Virus record (IMG/VR): IMGVR_UViG_3300003690_002850 | Location: 32,001 to 96,000 of that record | Source: a virus | Length of the DNA stretch: 64,000 nucleotides | Strand: one strand, 5' to 3' | Shown: positions 21,599-31,525 of the stretch, one piece after another | How the letters are laid out: each line of letters starts with the position of its first letter | How positions within the stretch are numbered: position 1 is the stretch's first letter | Program-made: the position numbers and the translations under genes | The notes under the pieces: model-generated | What the model was told of the DNA's origin: nothing | Seen by the model: only the letters and a program-made list of their open reading frames with translations | The model's database searches: none

Positions 21599-22033
21599 AT
21601 GGGAAAGTTTGAAAACAAATTTTTATCTTTACTTTTAGAAGATGAATTTGATGCAGCAGAACCATCAGCTGCTCCTGCCCAAGCGCCTGCCCCAGCAATT
21701 GATGCAGATCCAGAAGCCGATCGACAATCTTTTGCAAATGCTTTAGATGAACCAGATCATGCTAAAGATTTTGAAGATGTAATAGATTCGAACCCGAACG
21801 AGCAACAAGAACTTTCAGATTTACAAGAATGGATTACCAATATTGATGAGGTATTACAATATCTTAATGGTGGTATTTCTAGTGTGTTAGGTAAATTAAG
21901 AGATGATAATAAAGTAGGTACTATTTATGCTGATGTTACTGATGCTACAAAAAATGAAATTTTAGATGTATGTGAAAGATTAGCAGGATTAAATCAAATT
22001 TTTAAAAACCTTTATATAGAAAAACATAAATAA
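21599..22033 (+). CDS. Hypothetical acidic protein
   Basis: 144-aa ORF, 5 nt after TAAATA. Confidence 0.6.
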   Translation: MGKFENKFLSLLLEDEFDAAEPSAAPAQAPAPAIDADPEADRQSFANALDEPDHAKDFEDVIDSNPNEQQELSDLQEWITNIDEVLQYLNGGISSVLGKLRDDNKVGTIYADVTDATKNEILDVCERLAGLNQIFKNLYIEKHK

Positions 22034-22041
22034 TTAATATT

Positions 22042-22500
22042 ATGGCAGATACAGCAAGACGAGCGGAATTACAACGAGGAATAGAGGGTCACGAGATCCA
22101 GTCTAGAAAAGCTCGCATGGCTTGGAAAGCAGCGAGATCGGCATGGCAAGAGATTGAGAAGGATCATGACGGTGCTCCGGGAGCGGACATAACCGCTGCT
22201 CATGAGCGTGAAGAGAAGGCCGCTGAAGAGGTATATAGGGAAGCGAAAAAAGACAGAAAAAGAGCAGAAAAGGTATTAGCTGAATTTGATGCCGCCGAAG
22301 CTGCTGCTGATGCCACAGCGCCAAAGCCAGCACCAGCGCCAAAGCCAGCGCCAAAGCCAAAGCCAGCGCCCAAGGCGTCAGGTTATAAGTCTGATCTTGA
22401 TAAGAAATGGGCTGTTTATATAGCTGGTGAAAGAGCGGTTACTGATAAAGCGTGGGCTGATGAAATAGCTGGACCAAGGCCTGCAGGTTGGACTGGTTAA
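22042..22500 (+). CDS. Hypothetical Ala/Pro/Lys-rich protein
   Basis: GC-richer ORF with coiled coil and PKPA repeats (about 22318-22372). Confidence 0.6.
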   Translation: MADTARRAELQRGIEGHEIQSRKARMAWKAARSAWQEIEKDHDGAPGADITAAHEREEKAAEEVYREAKKDRKRAEKVLAEFDAAEAAADATAPKPAPAPKPAPKPKPAPKASGYKSDLDKKWAVYIAGERAVTDKAWADEIAGPRPAGWTG

Positions 22501-23529
22501 TTAAATTCTAGATAATAATAATTTACCTTTTAATTCAGTATAACTATTTTTAATTATAAACCGAGATGTAATTTCGTCTCGGTTTATTTTTACGCACAAA
22601 TCATTAAAATCTTTAAAATTTAATAACTCTTCAGGCCATATAAAACACTTTTCTCCTTGACTGAGTAATAATCGAGTTTTTTGTTTTGATGTTTCATCAC
22701 AGTGTTGATTATCAAGAACCCAAATACGTTTGTGAAAAGGTTTTTGAATTATTTGTTGTTCTTGTCGTTTTGTAAAACAAGATCTACCTTTACTGATACC
22801 ACCTACTGCAACACCATTTTTAACAAAAAAACTATCTATCGGTCCCTCGAAAATAAAAATATACTCTAAATTATTATCTATTTTATCGATATTAAATATT
22901 GTTTTATCAGCTCCTATTTTTGAGAGATATTTTGGCTTTGTATCTTTTTTGTTTTGTTTTAATTTTCTTGATTGATAAAATATGATTTTATTATTATCAT
23001 AAAACGGTATTATTATTCTATTTTTATGTACAAAATCATTTCTACTAAACCACAAAGATTTAGGTTTATTAATTGCTGTTAATAGTCTCCTCTCTTTGCA
23101 TGTAATTATAGCATGTGTTACCATTGGTTCATGACTATAAAAACTGCACTGGACTTTATCGTATAAATTAATACAATCACCAGGAAGAGATTGTGGTGGG
23201 TTATCGGGAGTTAATTTATCTTCTGTTTCAACGGGAATGTTAAATACATCTATATCTTTACATTCATTAATTATATCAATATAATTCTTACCTGTTACTT
23301 CTTGAACCCATTTTACAGGTGAACCACTCCAACCACAATTATGACAGAAAATATGATCTTCTTTTACTATATAGTAGAGTCTTCTCTTTTTATTCCAAGA
23401 CTTACCTTCTCTACAAACAGGACAACCTCCTTCATATACGTTAGTTAATTTCTTATACTTAGGATACCCCGCATATTGATAAAATTTTTCTACAATATAT
23501 TCTTGTGGTATTACGTCATTTAGGCTCAT
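22501..23529 (-). CDS. DNA primase (gp61-like)
   Basis: Zn finger CPVC...CHNC, RIIIPFY, PKYL, Toprim EGPIDS, DN, KDFND. Confidence 0.92.
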   Translation of the reverse strand: MSLNDVIPQEYIVEKFYQYAGYPKYKKLTNVYEGGCPVCREGKSWNKKRRLYYIVKEDHIFCHNCGWSGSPVKWVQEVTGKNYIDIINECKDIDVFNIPVETEDKLTPDNPPQSLPGDCINLYDKVQCSFYSHEPMVTHAIITCKERRLLTAINKPKSLWFSRNDFVHKNRIIIPFYDNNKIIFYQSRKLKQNKKDTKPKYLSKIGADKTIFNIDKIDNNLEYIFIFEGPIDSFFVKNGVAVGGISKGRSCFTKRQEQQIIQKPFHKRIWVLDNQHCDETSKQKTRLLLSQGEKCFIWPEELLNFKDFNDLCVKINRDEITSRFIIKNSYTELKGKLLLSRI

Positions 23530-23707
23530 CTACTGATCGAACATCAACTATTTGTTTTGTAATAAATTGGCCGGTGTGAGGATCAGTATAATGCGCTTCT
23601 GTACGTATTTCATCACCCATTCTAACTTCTCTCATTGTAGGTGCAATTGTATTACCAGCAGGTCCCATTATATTATGAGGGTTTCTCTTATATTCAACTT
23701 TTTGCAT
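23516..23707 (-). CDS. Hypothetical protein
   Basis: 63-aa ORF overlapping both neighbours. Confidence 0.55.
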   Translation of the reverse strand: MQKVEYKRNPHNIMGPAGNTIAPTMREVRMGDEIRTEAHYTDPHTGQFITKQIVDVRSVDEPK

Positions 23708-24602
23708 TTTTAATCGCCTTCTTAATAATATTTATTATATTTTCATTATTATTAAATGATTCTCGCCATGAAGAATAATTTCTTACAATAGACCACATAT
23801 TTAATTTCTTTGCTTCTTCTATAAATTTATTATGATTACTTTTATGAGTTTTACATTTTTTTAATTGTTCTTCATATATAGGTACCTCATCTGGATAATA
23901 ATCATAACCAATTGACAAGTCCATTAATTCTAAGTTTCTTTCATAAATAACTTGCTGTTCTTCTGTTAATTTAGTTAGATCTAATTTTTTAAATCGAGCA
24001 AGCCCATATCTAGGTATACCTGGTATATTATCAGATTTATCACCTGTTACAGCTCTGTAATTTAAATATTGGTCTTTAGATACTCCTGTATATTCTTCAA
24101 AATTTTGTAATGTAACTATTTTCTTTTTTATAGGACTATAGATTTTAGTATCAACGGATATTGTTTGTAATAAATCTTTATCAGTTGTTACTATAACACT
24201 TTTACCAGGGAGGTGATCCGATAACCAAGCCATTAAGTCATCAGCTTCCATTCTAAGCGGAAACATATTATGTACACCTAGTAGGGAAATAATCTCTTGG
24301 ATTTTTTCTGAATACTCATGTACATCTTTAAATTTATCGTCATCCCTATTCGCTTTATATTCTACGGTAATAACTTCATTCCTGAAATTAGTAGAAGGCC
24401 ATTCTAATTTTTTATCCCATGTACAATAAATTTTTTTTGATTGAAATTTATCTACATAAGATTTTAGAGCTCGTAAAAATAGAAATATTTGACCTGGACT
24501 GTTTGCTTCGTCTAATTTAAAATTATTAGTCCAAAAGATTCGGTATAATAGATTGTTGCCATCTATTATAAGATTATTTGTTCCACCATTTTTCATTTTC
24601 AA
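23694..24602 (-). CDS. rnh: 5'-3' exonuclease / RNase H (T4 rnh-like)
   Basis: IIDGNN, YKANR, EADD, DKDLLQ, GDKSDNIPGI. Confidence 0.92.
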   Translation of the reverse strand: MKMKNGGTNNLIIDGNNLLYRIFWTNNFKLDEANSPGQIFLFLRALKSYVDKFQSKKIYCTWDKKLEWPSTNFRNEVITVEYKANRDDDKFKDVHEYSEKIQEIISLLGVHNMFPLRMEADDLMAWLSDHLPGKSVIVTTDKDLLQTISVDTKIYSPIKKKIVTLQNFEEYTGVSKDQYLNYRAVTGDKSDNIPGIPRYGLARFKKLDLTKLTEEQQVIYERNLELMDLSIGYDYYPDEVPIYEEQLKKCKTHKSNHNKFIEEAKKLNMWSIVRNYSSWRESFNNNENIINIIKKAIKNAKS

Positions 24603-25511
24603 TATACCACATTATAGTGTATCTTAAATCATCGGCAAATGTTTTTTTGGTTTCAGAAAATTCTAATTGTTGTCCTGTCTGAATTATCATTGATCGATAT
24701 ATTGAATCCATTAAGCTATATCTAAGATCATGACCTTTTCTATCTTCAACATATCTAATTAATTTTTTAGGCTTTTTCAAAATCGTCAAAATTATCTCTA
24801 CAATTTCAATATTAGATATTTCTGAATGGTAGTCTGTGTCAGGAGCAAGGTTATATATCTTTCCTGCATCTCCTTGTGTTAATACGTTGTATATTTTTTC
24901 GCAATGGTCTTTGACGTATATCCATTGACGTATGTTATTACCTTTTCCATATACTGGAATTTGTTCATTATTATTAGCTTTGTAAGCAATAACTGGAATA
25001 AATTATGAAAGGATAATGCTAATAAATCTGCCCCAGCTTTTGTTGCTGAATATATAGATGATGGTTCTAGTAAATCATATTCTTCACTGGGCGCAGAATT
25101 AAATTGTAAACTACCATATACCTCATCTGTACCTACTTGAAGAAATCTTGTATTGTCAGGTAGTTGTTTTAGCAATTCATATACACCTACATAATTACTA
25201 TCGATAAAAACATCACCGTCTTCGATGCTATTATCTACATGTGATTCAGCGGCAAAATTTACAATATAATCATATTGTTTATCTAATTTAAAATCTGAGA
25301 TGCTCTGATATATTATATCTAATTTATTGCTAGACACATCCGGATGCTTATATAAATCCCATAGATAATCTTCAGTGTTCTGTGATACACAATAGGCATA
25401 ACTATCTATTATTGTTATATTACAGTTTTCACATTCACGGTGAAGGAGCTCTACAAAATGACTTCCAATAAATCCTAAACCGCCTGTTACTAAAATATTT
25501 TTATCTTTCAT
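24574..25511 (-). CDS. rmlB: dTDP-glucose 4,6-dehydratase, frameshifted near 25003 with the internal NNYGP segment missing
   Basis: VTGGLGFIGS, FAAESHVD, TDEVYG, YSATK; the second frame continues FIPV...YGKGNNIRQWIYVKDHC...DRKGHDLRY. Confidence 0.9.
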
Positions 25512-26188
25512 GGTTTTAATGTGTTAAATACCTTATCAATATATTCTTGCGTTCTATAATTCCACCAATGATGATGAGCAAAGCTATCGCGAATATTTGA
25601 TTCTGAAGATTGTACGTTAGATACTACTCCTTCACTTAATTTTCCATCAATATTTTGTCTTATATTTGGATATTCAAAATACAAATGTTTTATCATTTCT
25701 TGATCGTCAGCGCTTTTTTGAGATCGCGGAAATTCAGATATTGTTGTTGGTTTTAAAAGAGTGCATGTGTTAAAGAATCCTCTACTAAATATTGTATTTT
25801 TTATAATCATAAACCCAGTGCATAGCCCGTGAGAATCTGATGATATAGTTATATCTTTATGTATTAAATTTTTAGATTCATCGAATATATTATAAGTAGG
25901 GTCTTTGATGACAATATCAATATCAGAATATATAATATATTTGTAATTATACCCGTACCGTGTCCACGGCCCAGGGTCCGAAAATTCTAGTTGGTTTGTG
26001 ATAAGACTTAGTTTTCGAAGACGGCATATATTTGGATCTATATCATCGATTAAAATATGTTTATATTCGTAGTTATTAGCTATAGCATACTTTTTAAAAT
26101 ACGGCTCAGTATGTTTATATAAATCATGATATATTGATTCAGCGGCTGAATCGCGATATGTCATAAGTAATATACTTTTATCTTTCAT
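25508..26188 (-). CDS. Glycosyltransferase (GT34/MNN10-like, DxD)
   Basis: YAIANNYEY, YSDIDIVI, GLCTGFMIIKNT, DQ motif. Confidence 0.7.
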   Translation of the reverse strand: MKDKSILLMTYRDSAAESIYHDLYKHTEPYFKKYAIANNYEYKHILIDDIDPNICRLRKLSLITNQLEFSDPGPWTRYGYNYKYIIYSDIDIVIKDPTYNIFDESKNLIHKDITISSDSHGLCTGFMIIKNTIFSRGFFNTCTLLKPTTISEFPRSQKSADDQEMIKHLYFEYPNIRQNIDGKLSEGVVSNVQSSESNIRDSFAHHHWWNYRTQEYIDKVFNTLKP

Positions 26189-27036
26189 CCGCTAATTCTT
26201 TAGTAAAGTATGTTTCTTTTTCGCTCAATATTCTCATTAACGCATCTCGCTCCTGTGGCATATCTAATCCGTATACTTTTAATTTATCTGTTGATAGAAT
26301 ACAATTAGATCTGTCCATGTTTATCTAAGATTTCACAAACTTGTTTTGTTGTGAGGGGCTCAGGATTTACGCAATTATAAATACCACTGGGTAAATCTTC
26401 AATGGTAATAATTTTATTGATTACAACAAGCAAATCTTCAATAATAGTTTTAGAGTTTAATCCATCGAGAATATTATTATATTTTAAGATCTTACTTAAA
26501 TAATTTTTCCGAGAGTTAAAGTCATTACAAACAGGCATTCTTATACGTAAAGTATAAACATTATTAAAGTTCTTTAAACATAATTCTGCTGCATGTTTTG
26601 TTTTACTATACCAACTACTATCAGGATTAGTTAATCCAAAATTTGGTTCATCTTCTTCTGTGTAATGTACATCTTCGGGACCGTCATATATACAGCCAGA
26701 GCTTACGTTAATAATTTTTATATTATGTTGGTCACAAAATTGAGCTAAAATAGTAGGGAATGTTACATTTAAGTCCCAGCAAATTTGCTTATTTTCCTCA
26801 CAGGCATCCACATTAGGAGCACCAGTGTACCCAACACAGTTTATTATCCATTTAGCTTGTGAGCCGCGAAACTCGGATATTAAATTACTAAATAATGTTT
26901 CTTTTAATTTTTCGGGCGCAGTATATGGATAGTTTGATAAATGAACTACGTCATATATATTTTCTAAGTTTTCGAGAAAATGCTTATAAGCTTTTTTCCC
27001 AATATACCCATTACCTAAAACAACTATTTTATTCAT
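26178..27036 (-). CDS. NDP-4-keto-6-deoxyglucose epimerase/reductase (RmlD/NRS-ER-like), frameshifted near 26313
   Basis: GNGYIG, GYTGAPNVDACE, SSGCIY, YSKTK, LRIRMP; the C-terminus RSNCILSTDKL continues in another frame to TAA at 26178. Confidence 0.8.
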
Positions 27037-27343
27037 CTGTATTCTTTTGTTCTTGTATGTCGCTGAAGAAATCTATACTACTTACTCGTCTTAATAATGT
27101 CTCTATAGCGTCATAATCTTGAGGGGTCTTACCTGAAACAATTACAACGCTTTCTCCTTTAAGGTCATATCCAAGTAGTATAAATGATTTTAAATGCTCT
27201 GCTAAATAATCGTTAATAAACGACATATCTTGTTCTTCCATTGAATCGACATTATCAACGGCATTAATACTAGACTTTAATAAGTTATCAAAATTCCTAG
27301 GTTTGGGCATTTGTCTTTTCATTAGGTGTAATATTCTTTTCAA
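27029..27343 (-). CDS. Hypothetical protein
   Basis: ORF in coupled chain; true start may be slightly downstream (MPKPRNF). Confidence 0.55.
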   Translation of the reverse strand: MKRILHLMKRQMPKPRNFDNLLKSSINAVDNVDSMEEQDMSFINDYLAEHLKSFILLGYDLKGESVVIVSGKTPQDYDAIETLLRRVSSIDFFSDIQEQKNTDE

Positions 27344-27611
27344 TTAATTTAGTCATGATAACTTCCATGCTGTCAGTTTTTAATTGATAGCTCTTAAAGT
27401 GACTACCGTCATTTAGTTCAAATTTAAAATCTCCACTCCAATCATAATTAACATAACACGTTATATATAAGGCATTTTGTTCTGGATTAATCATTATGGT
27501 CCATCGCCGAGGATCATTTGATGTATAATCTGAGAAAATTCTATTTACTGTATATCCGTTATCTCTTAAACGTTTAATAAAATACCCGCATGTCGTGACT
27601 TTATTTTTCAT
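27297..27611 (-). CDS. Hypothetical protein
   Basis: 104-aa ORF coupled to the clamp gene. Confidence 0.6.
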   Translation of the reverse strand: MKNKVTTCGYFIKRLRDNGYTVNRIFSDYTSNDPRRWTIMINPEQNALYITCYVNYDWSGDFKFELNDGSHFKSYQLKTDSMEVIMTKLIEKNITPNEKTNAQT

Positions 27612-28342
27612 TAGTTTTTATAACTCGTACTAACAAATGTAAGTTTGATATTATCAATATTAAGTTTAAGCATAAGCATTTTATATTGGTTATTTATATT
27701 AATAATTGCCTCATTAAAATTTAATATAGAAATAAGCCTAAACAACTCAATATCTAAGATTAATTCATAATCTAAAGCTTCTCCATCATATTCATCTGCT
27801 AATAAAGTTGTATAACTATCTACGTTTTGTAGTTTTTTATCTGATAACTCAGCATATACATTTGTGTTTTCGGTTTTAATATATATTTTACTAGATTCAG
27901 TTACAAACGGGAGTGCTTTTAAGATTGCACTATTTTTTTCTTTTGTAAGTTTAAAGTTAGTGTTAAATGTAATATCATCAATTTTATTAAAATCAAATGC
28001 AGTGTCTTTAGTTATACTACTATCAAATAAATGATATGTAAATCGAGTAACATCACTATTATATTTTATACAATTTTTTTCTATTTCAAGATGTAAATCG
28101 TTTTCGTCTAAGCACGATAAAATCTTAATTAATTTTATTGTATCAGGTAAGCATATAGTACATTCTTCTGGTTGATCGCCCCAACTGATCTTATATTCTG
28201 CTTTAAGAAAAATATTAGAATTATTATGAACTATAGTAGATATAGTATCGTGTACATCTAATGTCGCAGATGAATTTAATCTCGATATTGGATTAAGAAA
28301 ATTTTGAATAAAATTATCTTTATTCTTTATTGGTAGAATCAT
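27611..28342 (-). CDS. Putative DNA sliding clamp (gp45/PCNA-like)
   Basis: 243 aa with two-domain alpha/beta periodicity (ICLPDTIKLIKILS); near SSB. Confidence 0.65.
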   Translation of the reverse strand: MILPIKNKDNFIQNFLNPISRLNSSATLDVHDTISTIVHNNSNIFLKAEYKISWGDQPEECTICLPDTIKLIKILSCLDENDLHLEIEKNCIKYNSDVTRFTYHLFDSSITKDTAFDFNKIDDITFNTNFKLTKEKNSAILKALPFVTESSKIYIKTENTNVYAELSDKKLQNVDSYTTLLADEYDGEALDYELILDIELFRLISILNFNEAIININNQYKMLMLKLNIDNIKLTFVSTSYKN

Positions 28343-28703
28343 TATTTTCGTTTAATTTGATTCGTATATTAATTTCTTTTGCGTTTTTTGCAACTCTTCG
28401 TTCAATTAAAGTTATAAGTTTAGTAAATTGTTTCTCAACGCCAGAGACCCGCTCTATTAAACTATTCAATAGAGCAGGATCTCCCGTGATTTGCGGTTGA
28501 GGAGCAACTGGTTGTTGATATAGCTGCTGCTGCTGTTGTTGTGGTGGTGGCGTCGGTTGTTGTTGTTGCTCTTTTTTATATATGTCCTTATTTACAGGGA
28601 TATCTTGCATTGTTGCGCTTTTTTGAATAATATCTTTATTCAAGTTCTTTGCTTGGTCATTCATTTGATGAATGAACATTTTTACTGCGACATCTTCGTT
28701 CAT
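28320..28703 (-). CDS. Hypothetical Gln/Pro-rich protein
   Basis: Poly-Q/P linker encoded by triplet runs at about 28523-28568. Confidence 0.6.
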   Translation of the reverse strand: MNEDVAVKMFIHQMNDQAKNLNKDIIQKSATMQDIPVNKDIYKKEQQQQPTPPPQQQQQQLYQQPVAPQPQITGDPALLNSLIERVSGVEKQFTKLITLIERRVAKNAKEINIRIKLNENNDSTNKE

Positions 28704-28706
28704 TTT

Positions 28707-29567
28707 TTATTCCAAAGTATCAAGCAATTCTTTAACTTTATCATCAGAAATAGGAGGTGAATCAGAATCGGTTTTTGATTTAGAATCTAAATCATCAAAA
28801 GGTAAATCATCTTCTTCAGGTGGAGTGCTTGTGGGTTGTTTCGGTGTAGTTTCTGCTACAGCCTCTTCTGTAACACCATGATAATGTTCATTGAGCATTG
28901 TCTGTAGCTCGTCATAACTCTTAACAGGAAAAACATTTTCTAAATCAAACGTTTGTTCGTAAACATCTTTAATAGTACTAGTTGTTACTCCTGAGATTTC
29001 AGAAGGCATAGCAAAACGAGAACTTACATATGTCGGATACCCGCCTTGCTCTTCAACTTTGACTCGAAAATTACAACCTTCTTTTGAGAGGTCAAAGATC
29101 CTTTCACCGAATTCTTCTGCATCTTCTCCTTCCATTGCCTCCATAACAATTTTATGTAATTGACGACCAAATCTAAGAATTTTCACTTTACCTTCATTTT
29201 CTGGATTATCAGGGTCTTTTACTACGTAAACATTAACAAGCCAATTTTCCTTACGATTTAAAGCTTTTGCCTTTTCTTTTTCTTCTTCAGAACCAGTACG
29301 AGAGAGTCTATATCGAGCCTCTGCAATAGGATCTCTTTCTCCCCATGTCTGTGGACTAATCGAACTTTGAAATTGTCCTGTCATTTCACTCACCCAGCCA
29401 TGTGAGTAATAATGAAAAAACGTTTTACTAGGATCTTTTACAAACGGTACAAGCCGTAATATATACGTATTACTTGGCTTTAGTCGCATAATATTACTAG
29501 TTGAAGTTTGTTGCGCGGTCTGAGCCATCGCTCCTCTAATTGATTCAAACATATTCTTCGTTGTCAT
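28707..29567 (-). CDS. Single-stranded DNA-binding protein (gp32-like)
   Basis: NVYVVKDPDNPENEGKVKILRFG, GCNFRVK, YPTYVSSRF, acidic tail. Confidence 0.92.
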   Translation of the reverse strand: MTTKNMFESIRGAMAQTAQQTSTSNIMRLKPSNTYILRLVPFVKDPSKTFFHYYSHGWVSEMTGQFQSSISPQTWGERDPIAEARYRLSRTGSEEEKEKAKALNRKENWLVNVYVVKDPDNPENEGKVKILRFGRQLHKIVMEAMEGEDAEEFGERIFDLSKEGCNFRVKVEEQGGYPTYVSSRFAMPSEISGVTTSTIKDVYEQTFDLENVFPVKSYDELQTMLNEHYHGVTEEAVAETTPKQPTSTPPEEDDLPFDDLDSKSKTDSDSPPISDDKVKELLDTLE

Positions 29568-30205
29568 TTTGTTTTTAGTATTTTATTTATAGTATTCGTT
29601 AATTTTATTCCCAAAGGTTTCATTTTTTTCGAAAATGTATATTTCGATCTCAAACTACTTAAAGTATTATAAAAGCTTCCACATACAAATTCAACTATAT
29701 TTTTTTCTAGCTTAATATTTTTTTCTGATACATCAAGAGACAATAAGGAATAATAATTAATATCATTATTTTTTAGATCTAGAATAAAATTAGGATATAT
29801 TCCTGACTGTATGTCGAGATATTGGTCACAACTTGTTAAATTGTGCTCAATACACATATCATAGATAAATTTAAAGCTATTTCTTAATCTAGTAATATTA
29901 AATTCATGATCAGGTTTTGTTAATTCTATATCCGTTGTGTATTTTTTATATGTAGAAATAGCGTTAAATGTACTATAAAAATCAAGCGGTACATATTTTT
30001 CTGAATATAATTTATATGGTGCATTAAAAAATATAATTGGATCTATTTTTTTATTTTTTAAAGTGTTTGATATTTTCTTAAGTAAAACGTATTTTGTATC
30101 GTCTAGTTTGTTAAAATCTTTTCGAGGGGTAAATCCTTTTTTATTTCTAGAAGTTTTAAGATATATATTATATATATTTTTCTCAAATATCGATAATTTA
30201 TTCAT
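29564..30205 (-). CDS. Hypothetical protein, possibly helicase loader (gp59-like)
   Basis: Basic 213-aa protein immediately upstream of gp32, the position of gp59 in T4. Confidence 0.4.
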   Translation of the reverse strand: MNKLSIFEKNIYNIYLKTSRNKKGFTPRKDFNKLDDTKYVLLKKISNTLKNKKIDPIIFFNAPYKLYSEKYVPLDFYSTFNAISTYKKYTTDIELTKPDHEFNITRLRNSFKFIYDMCIEHNLTSCDQYLDIQSGIYPNFILDLKNNDINYYSLLSLDVSEKNIKLEKNIVEFVCGSFYNTLSSLRSKYTFSKKMKPLGIKLTNTINKILKTK

Positions 30206-30477
30206 AAATCTATAGAATTTTTCTTAAGATATTTAGTTATATATTTACTTTTATATAGATAAGGATCATGTTGTAAAAATAATTTAACTAATTCAAAATT
30301 ACTATCTAATAATAACGATCTTTTAAATAATTCTCTGTATTTCTCTTCTTTAAGAATTAATAAGAATACATTTGCGAGATTAATTTTTCTATTTTCGCAA
30401 ATAGAAATAAAACTACATAACGTTAAAAAGACATGTATCATATCTTTTCGCTCTAAGATTGTATATGGACTATCCAT
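30202..30477 (-). CDS. Hypothetical protein (at the T4 gp33 position)
   Basis: 91-aa ORF; positional inference only. Confidence 0.4.
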   Translation of the reverse strand: MDSPYTILERKDMIHVFLTLCSFISICENRKINLANVFLLILKEEKYRELFKRSLLLDSNFELVKLFLQHDPYLYKSKYITKYLKKNSIDL

Positions 30478-31366
30478 TTAATGGTTCAAATTGTTTACTT
30501 AATGCTAATACATTGTCGTTTAAGATACCTCCAGCAGCATATTCGTGCCCACCTCCATCACATATTTTTTTTGCGAACTTACTTAAATTAAAATCAATAT
30601 TTCTATTTCTACGTAGATATACTCTGTTATTTTTTAGATTAATCATCATACATACATCACATGCATGATTATCAATTATAAATTGACCTAAATCATTAAT
30701 ATACTCGCTTGCAAATGTACTAATAAAATTGTATTGTTTCCCTGCTATGGAAAGTGTCGCCTTAAACAAGTCTATATTTTCTCTTAGTTTTTTAAATTTG
30801 TAAAAATGATAGCTAATTATTTTATTTTGTTCATTTGTGAATCCAAAGAACCCATTTTCGAAATCATTAATAAAATTTTGCAGTTTGTCACCGTTTGTAT
30901 ACCAGAGGTAAAAGTTTAATTTATTACTTTCCGGGTATTTTAATTCATAACAATCATAATCATCCGCAAACATTATTAATTTTTTTTGTTCTTTAGTTAA
31001 GTTAATATTTGGATATATATGATTTAATATTTGATAAATGTGCTTACTACATGATGTTTGCTCTGTATTGATAAATGTTTTTGCCCGTGAGTATTCATCT
31101 TCATGTGATTTGTGATGATCAAAAATAATTACATTCTCTTTATCGATTAAGTCTTTAATTTCTGTAGTGTCTAAATCAAAGAAATACACTCTTTTATAAT
31201 CTTCAATTTTATTGTAGTTAAGCCATCCTAATAGTTTTTCACGGATATTAGAAACCTTTAATGTAACAGCTTTTGGTTTAGTTTGCTTAAACCACGTATA
31301 AATTAAATAACTACAGCAACCATCAAGATCTAAGTCGGTAAAGATTATTTCGTCTTTATTTATCAT
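30470..31366 (-). CDS. DHH-family phosphoesterase
   Basis: DLDLDG, FDHH, GGGHEYAAG. Confidence 0.88.
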   Translation of the reverse strand: MINKDEIIFTDLDLDGCCSYLIYTWFKQTKPKAVTLKVSNIREKLLGWLNYNKIEDYKRVYFFDLDTTEIKDLIDKENVIIFDHHKSHEDEYSRAKTFINTEQTSCSKHIYQILNHIYPNINLTKEQKKLIMFADDYDCYELKYPESNKLNFYLWYTNGDKLQNFINDFENGFFGFTNEQNKIISYHFYKFKKLRENIDLFKATLSIAGKQYNFISTFASEYINDLGQFIIDNHACDVCMMINLKNNRVYLRRNRNIDFNLSKFAKKICDGGGHEYAAGGILNDNVLALSKQFEPLNG

Positions 31367-31523
31367 TTGTTTCTTTTTCTGTTAAAATATTGCCATAATG
31401 AGGCCAACCATAAACTTCTGGATCTTCTCCTAAATATCGCCAGCGTATTACGTTAGTATCAGGATTGCGTTCATATATTTTAGGTCGTGTTGATTTTTTA
31501 TTGATATCTTTGGATGTTGTCAT
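31356..31523 (-). CDS. Small hypothetical protein (55 aa, not in the ORF track)
   Basis: Translated by hand as MTTSKDINKKSTRPKIYERNPDTNVIRWRYLGEDPEVYGWPHYGNILTEKETNDK; fills the gap between neighbours. Confidence 0.6.
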   Translation of the reverse strand: MTTSKDINKKSTRPKIYERNPDTNVIRWRYLGEDPEVYGWPHYGNILTEKETNDK

Positions 31524-31525
31524 AA

